Assembly (NCBI GenBank): GCA_964187785.1 | Contig: OZ076409.1 | Coordinates: 1,364,001 to 1,428,000, forward strand | Length of the DNA: 64,000 nt | Reading direction: 5' to 3' | DNA from: Amphiscolops sp. MND2022 | Lineage: Eukaryota | Shown: in pieces, positions 46,519-58,305 of the stretch | How the letters are laid out: each line of letters begins with the position of its first letter | Position numbering within the stretch: position 1 is the first letter of the stretch | Notes under the pieces: generated by a model | Told to the model about the DNA's origin: nothing | The model's database searches: none | What the model saw: only the letters and a program-made list of their open reading frames with translations | Position numbers and translations under genes: made by a program

Positions 46519-47649
46519 TAGCCTTGCTTTTTTTAATTCGCAAACGTATATGTTGAATCAGCCAATATTTGCCACAAATTTTGAATGCTATTTTTTTTCA
46601 AATAGATGGGGTGGTGATTTTTGAGACTCGCTTTTAGAAGATTAAATCTGCACAAATTAACTAAAAAAATGATGATGGGGTATATAAACTGACGTTACCA
46701 GGCCCTGAAAACATGAAACATACGAAAAAATAATTTTTCATATTCAACACAACATTCATTTACAAAAAGCTTTTTCTTTCTTTTTTTTTGCTTCTGAGCA
46801 GTCGCTTGAATTCTTTTTACATCCATTTTTCCATTGAAGGAAATTTCTTGGCGTTAGGGGAGCTTTGAGCCTTTTCCACAACCGATTTCAACATATGTCT
46901 ATTTAACATGTATTTTAAACAGTACAAAATGTATCTCCGTTCAGTCACAATATCTTTTCTTGCTCTAAATGCAAACAATTAGATGCAATAAGATTGTCAA
47001 TTGTATCTTCAATTCCATGATTATTACTGCAGCTTTTATTATATTATCTATATCTATCTGCTTTTATTTTAGAAAATAATAATGCCATGTACGCCAATTT
47101 CACCTTAATATTCATCACCGTGCATCAATTAACCTTTAAGAAAAGTATTATGAGATGCAAAAATAGTTAAAGTCGATATTTTTAAAATTCCATAATCGGC
47201 CCAGTATTTTTACCATTCGCATTGGAGAAATCTTGCACCGCCATTTCTCGAAATGTAGACAGCGAATTTTTTGTAATTGCAATTATTTCAACTCGTAAAC
47301 CTCTCTCAGTAACCAATTTGTGTGATATAAAAAAACCTTTTCGAGATCAAAAGTCTCTCTTTCTCAATGGTAGAATCTTGCAACATCTTATTGGTTGATT
47401 GTTTGTAGAACTGCGATAATAAGATCTTGCTAGTTCGATTACCAGCCAAAAAGAAGCAGTTATTATTTTAACATGAAGTTGCTGCTAAATGTGTTTGTCA
47501 TGATTTTACAAAAGTTTGACTGATTTTTCCATGCATTGATGAAGTTCTCTTTGAATTGACCTTTACCAAACAGTTTTGAAAACGCATTCTAAAAGTGGAA
47601 GCAGCCAATTTTGCAAACTTAAACATGCATCACTTTTAACTTTACATGC

Positions 47650-47848
47650 TGTAGTAGAGGTCATTGAAGTGTTTGTAAATACGTACTAACAACCTGTCAA
47701 AAGTCTAGCTCTAGAATTCTATGCTAGCATCAGTTGCCACGGAGCCTTGAGAGAAAACACGTTTGATAGAAAACATTTCAATTCAGTTCGATAATACATT
47801 CTTCATCCTCTCAACCTTTTATATTCTTATTCGAGTTCCACGTCAACA
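47650..47848 (+). repeat. 5-prime LTR
   Basis: tgtagtagagg...cacgtcaaca. Confidence 0.97.
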
Positions 47849-50800
47849 TGGCGCTGCGAGCAGAAAGCAGCAATTCTTCCTCTTTAACACTGTCAACAAC
47901 TGCAATGTCGCACCTCGTGGGGCTTCCAGTGTATTGGCATGAGGCCAATTCAACCCCTACTATGGACTGGGACAAGTGGCTGGATCTTTTCCAGGTGGCC
48001 GTCATGGCCAAATTCTCAATCTCAATCACCGAGCTGACCCGTGAAGCTGATCAGCAGAATCCAAGGGCACGAGCTTTATTGGGGGATATGGACGAAGACC
48101 CTGCCAACAAAAAAGTGGTTAGTGTAATGTACTTGTCACTTGGAGAGGCGGCAAGGAAGTTGTTCAAAGATAAATATCCCCACACGACCCTGTGGAATCT
48201 AAAGGTGAGAGAACTAATACAACTAGCCACGGACTGTTTCCAGATAAAAAGAAACCGAACTCTCGACCGGCACAAATTTTTTTCGAGAATGCAGCAACCC
48301 GGCGAGACGCTTCAACAATTTTGGCACACGCTAAATGGGCTAGCAGCCCTTTGTGACTTCGGGGAGATAACGAAAACCCTTGTATTAGATATGTTCATCC
48401 TTCACATGAACAATAAGAAGGTACAGGAGAAACTTTGTACAGAGCCCCGCGAGCCAGATCAAGCCTTAGAATTTGCAATCGCATTCGAGGAGGGGGTGAA
48501 AAGACAAAAATCATACGGCTTACAAACAACAGAAAACCCCAAAATTGCGGTGAAAACTGAGCCTGTGTATGCAATTGAAAAATCAGCTAACCAGAGGGAA
48601 TGCTTCAGATGTGGGGAATCCAACTTTACCCCGGATCACATAAAAAATTGTACAGCAACAAACTACAGATGTAAATTCTGCAAAATTGTCGGGCATTTGG
48701 AAAAATGCTGTAATAAGAAGTTTCCCCAACGACAAAAAGAAATGCTGCAGAGACTAAAATCCAGAAGCAGTAACTTTCAAGGAATGCGAAGAGTGAATTA
48801 CATTGATGAGGAAAGCGAGGAGGAGGAATCTGACAGTAACGAAGAGCAATTAGTTCTCCAAATCGACGGAAATGGAAGCAAGCCGTTCTACATGGAAGGA
48901 ACCATGTGTGGAAATTATTTTAAAGCTATCATTGATACTGGGTCCCCGGTATCTATTTTTACAAAACGAGATTTGACAAAAATCATCGGAAAAAGAAAAG
49001 TGGTTATCAGGGAAATGATAGACAACGAGCGGTATGTTGATTACAACAAGAAACCCCTGGATCTATTGGGCTATCAATTTGTACGCGTAGAAGTTGCTGG
49101 TGTTACTGTTTCGAAGGCAAGAGTGCTAGTAGCACCAAACAGCGGAAAGTCCATAATTGGCCGTGATTGGTTAATTGCTCTACGCTACAACATTAGCCAG
49201 CCAATAGAAAGAGGTGAGTGTAAAGTAAACACTAAAACGGAGGGTGACGCCGAAACGATAAATGAGATAAGTCCCCAAGAAAGTATCAGTCCCGAAGTTA
49301 AACAAATAATGAGGGAATTTCCAGATTTGTTCAAGAGAAAAGGTCGAGTAAAAAATTACGAAATTAAAATCGATATGAAAGATAATGCGAAAATTTCACA
49401 ACAAAAGGGCCGCAGAATTCCTATTCAACTACAAGAGCAAGTAGATAAAGAAATTGAAAAACTGCTAAAAGACGGCCATATCGAAAAAGTAGACAAAATT
49501 CAAGATGATGTATTCATCCAACCAACAGTCATTACGGTTAAAAAGGATAAATCGGTGAAAATAGCGCTAGATGCACGTGCCCTGAATGAATCAATAGCTA
49601 AAGACAAATACCAGATGCCAAACTTAGATAATTTGATAGATATGATAGCAGAAGAATTGGAAAAAAGCGAAGGGGAGGCCTGGTATTCGTCTGTAGATAT
49701 GACTTACGCCTACGGGCAAATCCCACTACATGAGCTAACAAAAAGACATTGTAATTTTCAGATAGTTGGAGGAAAATCAACTGGTACATATCGATTTACT
49801 ACCGGGTACTACGGACTTACAGTAATGCCAACTGAATTTCAAAAATTAATGGATTTAACGCTAGCCAATGTAAATAGTGTATTTGTGTATATAGACGATA
49901 TCTTAATTGTAACTAAGGGAACTAAGCAACAGCATGTAAATAAAGTGAGAGAAGTCATGAGAATACTGGACGACGCCAATTTGCAGCTAAAGGCGGGAAA
50001 ATGCATAATTGCTCAAGACAGCATAGAATGGCTAGGCTTCAAATTAACGCGAACTGGCATTTCCCCAATTAACACAAAATCCCAGGGCATAAGCGAAAAA
50101 CTACGACCAACCAATTTAAAACAATTACGCTCATTTTTGGGCGCAGTAAATCAATTTAATAAATTTATACCTAGTTTAGCCTCAATTAGTTTCCCTTTTA
50201 GATCCATTTTAAAGAAAGATGCAGAGTGGGAGTGGAATGAAGATCACGAAAAAGCTTTTGTACAAATTAATAAAGAAATTAAGAGTGTAGTAGAATTATC
50301 ACATTTCAAACGGAACCAAGAAATTAGAATAATTTGTGACGCAAGCAAAAGTGGATTAGGCGCAGTACTACAACAAAAACAAAGCAATAATGAATGGAGA
50401 CCAATTTGCTTTGCCTCACGTTTTTTAACAGATTTCGAAACAAAATATTCCATAAATGAATTGGAACTTTTAGCAATCGTATGGGCAGTCGAACATTTTA
50501 AAAATTATGTATATGGTGTACAGTTCAAAGTAATATCAGACCACAAAGCGTTGATGTCAGTTTTGAAACCAAATAGAGGGAATAAAACCTTTTCAAGCAG
50601 GTTAACTAGATGGGTAGACAGATTACTACCCTTTGATTTCGAAGTAGTGCATGTAGCCGGGAGGACACTAGGAATGGCGGATTATTTATCGCGTCATCCA
50701 ACTGAATTAGAGGGAGCATCATTAAAAGCAGAAGCACTGTGGAATGAATGGTTTACTGTAAATAGTGTAAATAGTTTGAAAGATGTTTTAGAAGACGAGA

Positions 50801-52554
50801 CACAAGTGAGCGGACAAAGCGAGAGTGAAAGAATGAGCATAAACCGCATAAATCAGACCAAAACACGCGAGCCAATCAGAAAGCAGGACAAGCGCAAATC
50901 GCGGGAACCAAGTAAGATTCATTGTGCAATCAATTCAAGCAAGTCAAGCATGAGTGAAAATTCCGCGATTAAATTGCTTAATGAAAAGCTATTGCCAGCT
51001 AATTACTTTGCTGACAAAACCATACAGCGCGTTATTGCAATAGTAAAAAACTATAACAAAACCGCAGTAAGCCGTCTTCCATCCCCGTGGCGGGAAAAAT
51101 TCCAGTCGTTCTCCACGGATGATCGAAATTTCTTATACATGGATAACCGGTTGGTTATTCCCCAATCAATGCGGGCAATGATAATGTGCTCCCTTCATTA
51201 TGGGCATCCCGGTCGCGATGCGATGTTAGCTATGGTTGGAGATATTTGGTGGCCCCGAATCCACCGAGAGGTGATAGACCAAGCTCGTCTCTGTGATCAA
51301 TGCTTAGAAGCAGGTAAGAATTTAAAATGCATCCAAAGTCAAAAAGAACTAGGAAAAATCCCAAAACCAAAACAGCAAAATGACGAAATAGCGCTAGATT
51401 TTGCGGGACCCTTTCAAAATGCGAGAGAAGGAAATAAATACTTACTGGTGTCAATTGATCATTTTTCGGGGTGGCCGGAAGCGAAATTCTTAAGATGCCC
51501 AACCACGAAAAAGGTAATCGAATTTCTAAAACACTACATTGCGCAATTTGGAGTTCCAAAGAAAATAAGAACAGACCCTGGCACGGTGTTCGTAAGCGAA
51601 GAATTCGACCGATTTTGTAGACAATTCGGAATAGAACACATAATCTGCCCGGTGCGCGATCACCGGGGAAATGGCAAAATCGAGCGACTAATTAGAACGA
51701 TCAATGAACGCTTGCGAACAAATAAGCAAATAATAGTAACAAAGGACCATTCAGGACTGTCGGAAATTCTGTACGCACTACGAATAAGTAAAAAGAAAGA
51801 TGGTAGTTCACCGTTCGAAAGGCAAATGGGAAAGGAACCAAACACGGTAAAATCAAATTTAGTCTCAAAACTCCTGGATATTTCAGAGCAGGACCCCGAC
51901 CTCCAATTCGACAACTCGGACTTCCAGGACGAACTAGATTCGACAGTTCTAGTCAGGGAAAGGGCCAGAGGAACGAAGCTGCAAGGTGCTTTCGACAAAA
52001 AGACAGGAAGAAAAATAAAGGAGTCAGCGCACACTATTACTCTCCTGCCTGAAGGTTCAAAAAGACCAAAAACCTACGCAAAACGGGACTTGGCCGCCGC
52101 AACTACAGAACAAAAAGAAAGATTTCAAAAGACAAACGAGCCCGAAAAGAAAAAGAAGAAAAGAGCAATAATCGACTCGACATCCGAATCAGAAATCGTA
52201 GAAAACAAAATGGAGAAGAAGAAGAAGCAAAAGAAAAAACCCCGGCGCATCATAGAAGTTCAAATCGATAACGAGGAAGAGATGAGGCCCCCAGTTATCG
52301 ACCTAACGGCGAGTACTAGCACGGAAGAAGAACCCAAAAGAAACAATGAAGAAGAGAAAAAGAGCATCCCTGATGAGAAGCCTGAAATTGTGCAAAACCC
52401 CGAAATTGCATCATTCCCCATAAAAGCCACAGCAAAGTGGGAACGAGAGGAGAAGCCAGCAGAAGCCGCTAAAAGATCCTCAGAAAGAGTCCGCATACCC
52501 ACAAAGAGATATGGAATTGATCTCATCCAAGAGAACAATCAACCCGAAGATTAA
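47848..52554 (+). CDS. Gag-Pol polyprotein (gag with two Zn knuckles, aspartic protease, RT, RNase H, integrase)
   Basis: CFRC..H...C and CKFCKIVGHLEKC; IIDTGS; YIDD; CDASKSGLG; HYGHPG..CDQC; ALDFAGP, RTDPG, IERLIRT. Real start may be the second Met (47905). Confidence 0.97.
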   Translation: MALRAESSNSSSLTLSTTAMSHLVGLPVYWHEANSTPTMDWDKWLDLFQVAVMAKFSISITELTREADQQNPRARALLGDMDEDPANKKVVSVMYLSLGEAARKLFKDKYPHTTLWNLKVRELIQLATDCFQIKRNRTLDRHKFFSRMQQPGETLQQFWHTLNGLAALCDFGEITKTLVLDMFILHMNNKKVQEKLCTEPREPDQALEFAIAFEEGVKRQKSYGLQTTENPKIAVKTEPVYAIEKSANQRECFRCGESNFTPDHIKNCTATNYRCKFCKIVGHLEKCCNKKFPQRQKEMLQRLKSRSSNFQGMRRVNYIDEESEEEESDSNEEQLVLQIDGNGSKPFYMEGTMCGNYFKAIIDTGSPVSIFTKRDLTKIIGKRKVVIREMIDNERYVDYNKKPLDLLGYQFVRVEVAGVTVSKARVLVAPNSGKSIIGRDWLIALRYNISQPIERGECKVNTKTEGDAETINEISPQESISPEVKQIMREFPDLFKRKGRVKNYEIKIDMKDNAKISQQKGRRIPIQLQEQVDKEIEKLLKDGHIEKVDKIQDDVFIQPTVITVKKDKSVKIALDARALNESIAKDKYQMPNLDNLIDMIAEELEKSEGEAWYSSVDMTYAYGQIPLHELTKRHCNFQIVGGKSTGTYRFTTGYYGLTVMPTEFQKLMDLTLANVNSVFVYIDDILIVTKGTKQQHVNKVREVMRILDDANLQLKAGKCIIAQDSIEWLGFKLTRTGISPINTKSQGISEKLRPTNLKQLRSFLGAVNQFNKFIPSLASISFPFRSILKKDAEWEWNEDHEKAFVQINKEIKSVVELSHFKRNQEIRIICDASKSGLGAVLQQKQSNNEWRPICFASRFLTDFETKYSINELELLAIVWAVEHFKNYVYGVQFKVISDHKALMSVLKPNRGNKTFSSRLTRWVDRLLPFDFEVVHVAGRTLGMADYLSRHPTELEGASLKAEALWNEWFTVNSVNSLKDVLEDETQVSGQSESERMSINRINQTKTREPIRKQDKRKSREPSKIHCAINSSKSSMSENSAIKLLNEKLLPANYFADKTIQRVIAIVKNYNKTAVSRLPSPWREKFQSFSTDDRNFLYMDNRLVIPQSMRAMIMCSLHYGHPGRDAMLAMVGDIWWPRIHREVIDQARLCDQCLEAGKNLKCIQSQKELGKIPKPKQQNDEIALDFAGPFQNAREGNKYLLVSIDHFSGWPEAKFLRCPTTKKVIEFLKHYIAQFGVPKKIRTDPGTVFVSEEFDRFCRQFGIEHIICPVRDHRGNGKIERLIRTINERLRTNKQIIVTKDHSGLSEILYALRISKKKDGSSPFERQMGKEPNTVKSNLVSKLLDISEQDPDLQFDNSDFQDELDSTVLVRERARGTKLQGAFDKKTGRKIKESAHTITLLPEGSKRPKTYAKRDLAAATTEQKERFQKTNEPEKKKKKRAIIDSTSESEIVENKMEKKKKQKKKPRRIIEVQIDNEEEMRPPVIDLTASTSTEEEPKRNNEEEKKSIPDEKPEIVQNPEIASFPIKATAKWEREEKPAEAAKRSSERVRIPTKRYGIDLIQENNQPED
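47849..47863 (+). promoter_or_regulatory. Primer binding site (tRNA-Ser-like)
   Basis: TGGCGCTGCGAGCAG directly after the LTR CA; complementary to CUGCUCGCAGCGCCA, a Ser-type tRNA 3-prime end. Confidence 0.75.
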
Positions 52555-52695
52555 AACAAAAACATGATTGATAAACTGTACTTTGTTATAACGTAAACTG
52601 TACTACCAGTTTTATTTTGAGTTGTTGTTTTTAGTAAAACATTGTTAAAGAAAACTGAGGATTGAAATTTGTACAAATTTCCCAAAAACGGGGAA

Positions 52696-52894
52696 TGTAG
52701 TAGAGGTCATTGAAGTGTTTGTAAATACGTACTAACAACCTGTCAAAAGTCTAGCTCTAGAATTCTATGCTAGCATCAGTTGCCACGGAGCCTTGAGAGA
52801 AAACACGTTTGATAGAAAACATTTCAATTCAGTTCGATAATACATTCTTCATCCTCTCAACCTTTTATATTCTTATTCGAGTTCCACGTCAACA
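52696..52894 (+). repeat. 3-prime LTR
   Basis: Identical by eye to 47650-47848. Confidence 0.97.
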
Positions 52895-53115
52895 CATGCA
52901 CTGAGAGCACCTTACAAATTCCAGCATCAATTCAATGCAAATCAACTTTGGTAACTTTGCTAGTTGCAAGTTTGCGTCACCCTCAGAGTGAAATTTGATT
53001 AGCGGTTATTCTATCTGATGAGTAGTCGAGAAGCGAAAGTGTTGAAACGAAGTGATTGTATTGGGGGTTTTTCTTATTGCTTACTCCAGTTAATTTTGAC
53101 CACCGTAGTTACAGA

Positions 53116-53595
53116 AACAAGCCGGGAACGGCATAATTCGGCGGCATGTATACGGCTCAAAAATATCAAAAGGACATGAAAGTGTCAAAAAAACTCAAAG
53201 TATCAAACTCACAAAAAGAGTATCAAACTCACGAAAAACCCAAATGACCGAACTGGCGTGCCAGGTGCCCGCTAACGCGGGCCCCTGGGGCGTTAAAAGG
53301 GCGGACCCTTAGGGATTTTTAAACATCCATTGTTGCAGAACATCAACAAAATTGAAAGGGGACCCCTGGAGGAAATTTTTTTCGGGAAAAAGTCTTAATT
53401 GCCGAAAAAAACAGAGGGGACCGCGCTTAGTCTACCGGTACTGTTTTTTTGGTTCAGTTCGCTAGGCGAAATGGTTCAATTTCATACCATAATATTTCGT
53501 AGAACTTTTGAAGAGCAATTTTGGTCAGTTCGTGTGGATTGAAAAAAGAGTCACTATAAAAATCCAGTTTCACTTCATGAAGCGCCGACTGAAAA
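53116..53595 (+). mobile_element. HINE/Helentron-like repeat copy
   Basis: aacaagccgggaacgg ... catgaagcgccgactgaaaa. Confidence 0.65.
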
Positions 53596-53789
53596 CTGAC
53601 GCAGGGACTGCTCACATACACAGAAGGTTACTGGGTAAGATTAATGGCCTCCCTACTCAATAATGCTGGATTGTTTTTATATTTTTTCAGTAAGTTTCCG
53701 GCAGTAAATCTCGTGGGCATTGCTCTGTGGTTTCCATTATTGAAAAAATGAAGGATTTTCCCACTTCGTTATCGACGCGATCACGTTGT

Positions 53790-54773
53790 TTTTAGTCGGC
53801 GCTTTTCGTAGAAAAACACAGACTATAGCAGTGACTTTTCTTTTTTTAACCCTATTTAGCATCGCGGTACGTATTTGCACCATTTAAGATCTGCTAACTT
53901 CTAAAGGCACCAGCCCACCGTTTGGTAAAAAAACTCGTGAATAAGATTTTCTGACAAAACAACATAGAATGGCACGCATTTTCACGGATTGTTGACTTGA
54001 TGTCTCCAAAATCAGAAATACGGGACCAAGAAAAACTTAAAAAAATTAGCGCAAAATTTCCTATTTTCCTGTTTTCTTGTGTGGCCACTTTATAATACTG
54101 GGGACAAGATTAGGTCAAAGGGGCCCTAGTATGTTTTGAAAAAAGCTGAACTGCAGCCAGAGACACCACGCGTGCAAAGTTTTGGCGCAAAGTCCGGAGC
54201 CAGTGCAGCCCTGATGCTCCTCTATTGAACGCTGTATAAATCGTTTGTCGGACTCGAATAGTTTTGGAGATATTGCGGTTTAGAGTTTAAATAGAAGAGT
54301 TTTGGATGCATCCAGATATTTTTACCTCCATTCCGGGTTAAGGCCAACAAACTGACAAATTTTATAAGCTTTATAAGTTGGCTTGCACTAACGCCAACTG
54401 TCAAACTACTTCTACTGGCACTTGGCATAGAGGTTAATTAGGATTTGTTGAGGTCTGCCAAGCAGACGGACGTGGGTTCGAGTCCCAACCTTGGCAAAAA
54501 ATTTTTGTGCAGGTTATTTCGGCTTTATGAGACTTTTTTCGCAATTTTTTTAATGTCTCCAAAGGGACCCCCCTTCAATTTTTTCTATTCTGCAAGAGAA
54601 TGGATGTTCAAAAACTCCCAAAGGCCTCTCTCTTACATTTTGCGGCACTACGCGACTTACCGGAGACCAAAAAAATCGAAAAACTGTAGAAAAGAGTAGT
54701 TGACTTTTTGAAGTCCTTTTGCTATTTTTGAGCCTTAGATAAGGCTTCGACTTAGGGCCGTTCCAGGCTTGTG
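53790..54773 (-). mobile_element. HINE-like copy apparently interrupted by ~650 bp that includes a tRNA-like SINE head
   Basis: tttagtcggcgc at 53790; family body 54510-54773; B box at ~54475. Confidence 0.45.
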
Positions 54774-54840
54774 TTACACTTTGACTTGTCATTTTTTTGT
54801 CTGAAGTGATCACCGCAAAAGCACGATGCAGATGACTCTA

Positions 54841-55510
54841 GTTAGTCGGCGCTTCATGAAGTGAAACGCGACTATTATAGTTGCTTTTCTTTTTTTTTCA
54901 ATCCACACGAACTGACCAAAATAGTTCTTGAAAGTTCTACAAAATATTATTGCACCAAATTGCACTATTTGGTCAAGCGAACTGAACCAAAACAGTTTTT
55001 TCTGTTTTCCCGCGTACCATACCATACCCGGGGAGACCAATGGGTCCCCCCTTCCAATTTTTTTTGGCACTGCGAGACTTTTTTTCCCGGAAAATTTTTT
55101 TCACCAAAAGCTCCCCCCTTCAATTTTTTGCTGTTTTGCGACAATGGATGTTGGAAAATCCCAAAGGGTCCCCCCTTTCAGTTTTTTTCGGCACTGTGAG
55201 GTTTTTTTCCGAAAATAAAAAAATTTGCCCTTTTCAATTTTTTGATGTTTTCCGACAAAACCCTTTCAACTGCGACAAAAATGTTGACAATTTCAGAAGT
55301 TTCCCCTTTTCAGCGCGCCAGGGGCTCGCGCTAGCGGGCCCCGGCGCGCCACTCGGTCCATTTTTTGAGTATGTAATTTTTTCGAAAATTTTTTTTTCGT
55401 AAAATATTCGCTTTTCGAGTACTGTAAAAGAGAATACTTGACACTTGGAAGTCTTTTTGCTATTTTTGAGCCTTGGATATGGCGCCGACTTGGGCCGGTC
55501 CCGGCTTGTT
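54841..55510 (-). mobile_element. HINE/Helentron-like repeat copy
   Basis: Close to the reverse complement of 35676-36198, with an extra internal block. Confidence 0.7.
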
Positions 55511-56399
55511 TTCAACTTTACTGTTAATTTAATCAATTCACGATAAAATGGCGTTAAAGTTTGTATTACTTGAGCGTTTAAAAATGAAACCTCCAACACT
55601 TTAGGGCTTCGAAATACCGCCAAATTCAGAATGTTTCTCTCAAGCGGCCTGAATAAAGACAAAATAGCGCGCAAAAATTAAAGCATAAAAGTTTCCGTTC
55701 GATTTTTAGACAGTGATAGTAAAAAATTCTGGTTCAAAACCTTCAAAAACATGGAAAAGTTTGAACTTAGGCATGCAACTTTGGCTGTTGATAAAACAAT
55801 TGCGAATCTCAAACATCCCAAAATTTACTTTTGTCAATCAATCTACAGTCTCCAACACTGTTGTTTTGTGTGAACACAATGTTAAGGAAGATCAACAGCT
55901 TGTGCAATAGTGAAGCATACTGACTTAGCAAGCATCAAACATTGAAGAGGAAGACTTTTTTTGCCAATAACAGGTAAATTAGTCAAGACCTCCACTCAGT
56001 AAAAAAGGGGGGACGTTTTTCATATTAATTGGAATAGCGGATCTTGTTATTTTACTGCCTTACTGCGGTTTATGTCTTCAACTATTTCTATGTGCACTTG
56101 CTCGCTAATTCTTGTTTGAGAAATCTCACCTTCTTCTCCGAAAAAAAGTGCAAAAATAACTTGAAAATGTCAATTTTTTTTCAATTTTTCGTGTGAGTTT
56201 TCGAACGTTTTTGAACTTTGTTGTTGAAGAAAATTTCAGAAGGGAATCTATTCCGGCGCTAAGCAGCGTCTTGATTCTTTATGTACCGTGAACTCCTAAT
56301 CTTTTATTGAAAACACTTCTGTTGTGTTTTATGACGGAAGGTTGAACTCCAGAATCTCTGTGATTTAGGTGTCTTCATGCATTGATGTTTCATCAATAG

Positions 56400-56832
56400 A
56401 ACAAGACGGGAACGTTTCAAGTCGGCGCCATATCTAAGGCCCAAAAAGCGAGGATTTGAAATATGCATAGGATGTTTTCATGAAAAACTCATGACTTTTC
56501 GGACCTCCGCCTCCTCCTTACAAAAACGCAAAGTAGTTCGGATAAAACGTCAAAAGTTCGGACATAGCGCTTTACTCCGGATATTACGAGCGCGGACTTC
56601 AATAAAATCTAAGGGGGACCCTTTGAAGACAAAAACATTTTTTCGAAAAAAGTCTCACAGTGCCGAAAAAAATTGAAAAGGGGGACCCTGTAGTCTCATC
56701 CGGTTTTGTATGTTACGTTTAAAAAGTAAAAACTGAAAGGGGGACTCTTTGCGATAGCTTAGATGCGCTAAAGAAAAAAAACGAGTGACTGTAATAGTCG
56801 GGCTCTTTTAATAATAAAAGCGCCGACTAAAA
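56400..56832 (+). mobile_element. HINE/Helentron-like repeat copy
   Basis: aacaagacgggaacgtttcaagtcggcgcc ... agcgccgactaaaa. Confidence 0.7.
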
Positions 56833-57976
56833 ATAGAGTTTACTGTAGTATATTCAACCGGAAACTAGTTTTTCTCCAGCTAACTTCCAATATATTTCAG
56901 AAACTAGACTTGGTTTTGTTCCCGGGTTGTAGCCTTTCTTGGTGCACTTTTTACTATGTAATTTTTGAAGCTGTTTCAAAGTTTAATTATTTTTGTTTCA
57001 GATCAGCAAAGCGATGAAAAGATCTGTATCTCCAGTTAATGCCGAATCAGTACCATAATTGACCCTTATGGAAAAATTATTTACAATCATCGACGTTATC
57101 TTTTTATTCCTTTATCACCAACGAGATGTGATGTAATTGGTTTATGGAGGAATTGTTAGCGTTATTTACCAAAACGTAGTTTACTTACCATCAGAAATTT
57201 TTATCCCTGAAGTTTGCGATGTTCTTCTTGACTGTCAGTTATCAGAACAACTTTAATCCATGTTTCTTGGATGGATGTTATGATCTTGAAAGCTATCGTT
57301 ATTTCCTCGTGACCAAAATCTGGTAACTGTTCCCTCCAACTTGCGGTGAGTAAATCATGAGAATGGCCAAAATTTTCAAAGAAAAAATTTTCAAAATAAA
57401 TTGAAGAAATTTTGTTTCAAATAAACAAAGTTTGGGCTTCAATTTTTCGTCATCTTAGGTTTGAAAAGTTTATCCAATGAATTTTACATGATTCTCGCAG
57501 ATAATATGCTTTTTTAGCAAGGATTTTGTAAGAATCCTGAAAGTCACGACAATCATTGAAGAACTTTATTTGACAATTTTTTCTTACTTTTGAAATAAAT
57601 AAGCGATGATGACTTTGTGTTTTGAGAGACTTTTGAACGCTTTATTTTCTCTTCAAAACGTTAATAGAAAGCTTTGAAAACCTTGTCCCGATAGTGAGTT
57701 TTCGGATTTTACTTTTGGGTGACGACATATTGGGATCAAGTTGAATTTAATGGGAGAGTTTCTCACAAAAAAATTCCTAAAAATTTCATGATCTATTAAT
57801 TCTTGCTAACATTCATTTGGAAAAATTTATTAGAAAATTTTCGGATAAAATTTGCATTCTGGATGCTCGTCATTTCACACTAAATTACGACTTTTCGTAA
57901 CATCAGAATAATTCTCAAAAATTACCGGAAAAAAGGCTGAAAGTTTGTTTTAGGAATAATCTTGAACGAGTCAAGT

Positions 57977-58305
57977 AGATGTCCTTCCTTTTCAATCTTC
58001 GGACAATATTTATTGTAAAGTATCTTGCCTTTTAGGATATAGGTGATTCCACTCAATCCGTCTGAGTTCAAATGAACGTTATCCTTTTTTAGGTGTTTCT
58101 TGCCAAACACTTGCCTGGAAATTCCTCTGAACTTCCAGCCTTCTTGACAAGAAGCAAGTAAAGAATTAACTTCTTTTGCTTGGAGAGGTTGAGAGTTGCG
58201 TAAAGGTATACCAAGAACGAAAACCTTTTTAGCTTTGGTTAATGAAAGATTTGCAAGATCAGATATCTGTCGAACCAAGTTTTTTGTCGTAGTGGCAAAT
58301 AGGTT
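57977..58305 (-). pseudogene. C-terminal half of an SGNH/GDSL-hydrolase-like ORF
   Basis: KVFVLGIPLRN..EVNSLL...HLKKDNVHLNSDG (block V DxxH). Confidence 0.7.

Larger units (their letters stand above)
47650..52894 (+). mobile_element. Intact Ty3/Gypsy (Mag-like) LTR retrotransposon
   Basis: Identical 199-bp TG..CA LTRs, 5-bp TSD CATGC (47645-47649, 52895-52899), PBS, PPT at 52684-52695, single gag-pol ORF. Confidence 0.97.

Noticed and set aside
41124..46543. Repeat-peptide ORFs (RTLRP, ADNRV, LARSCK types)
   Set aside because: Translations of tandem DNA repeats in MITE termini
32363..56676. Numerous 60-146 aa K/F/G/P-rich ORFs (KGGPFG/GDPL type)
   Set aside because: Translations of the non-coding HINE-like repeat family
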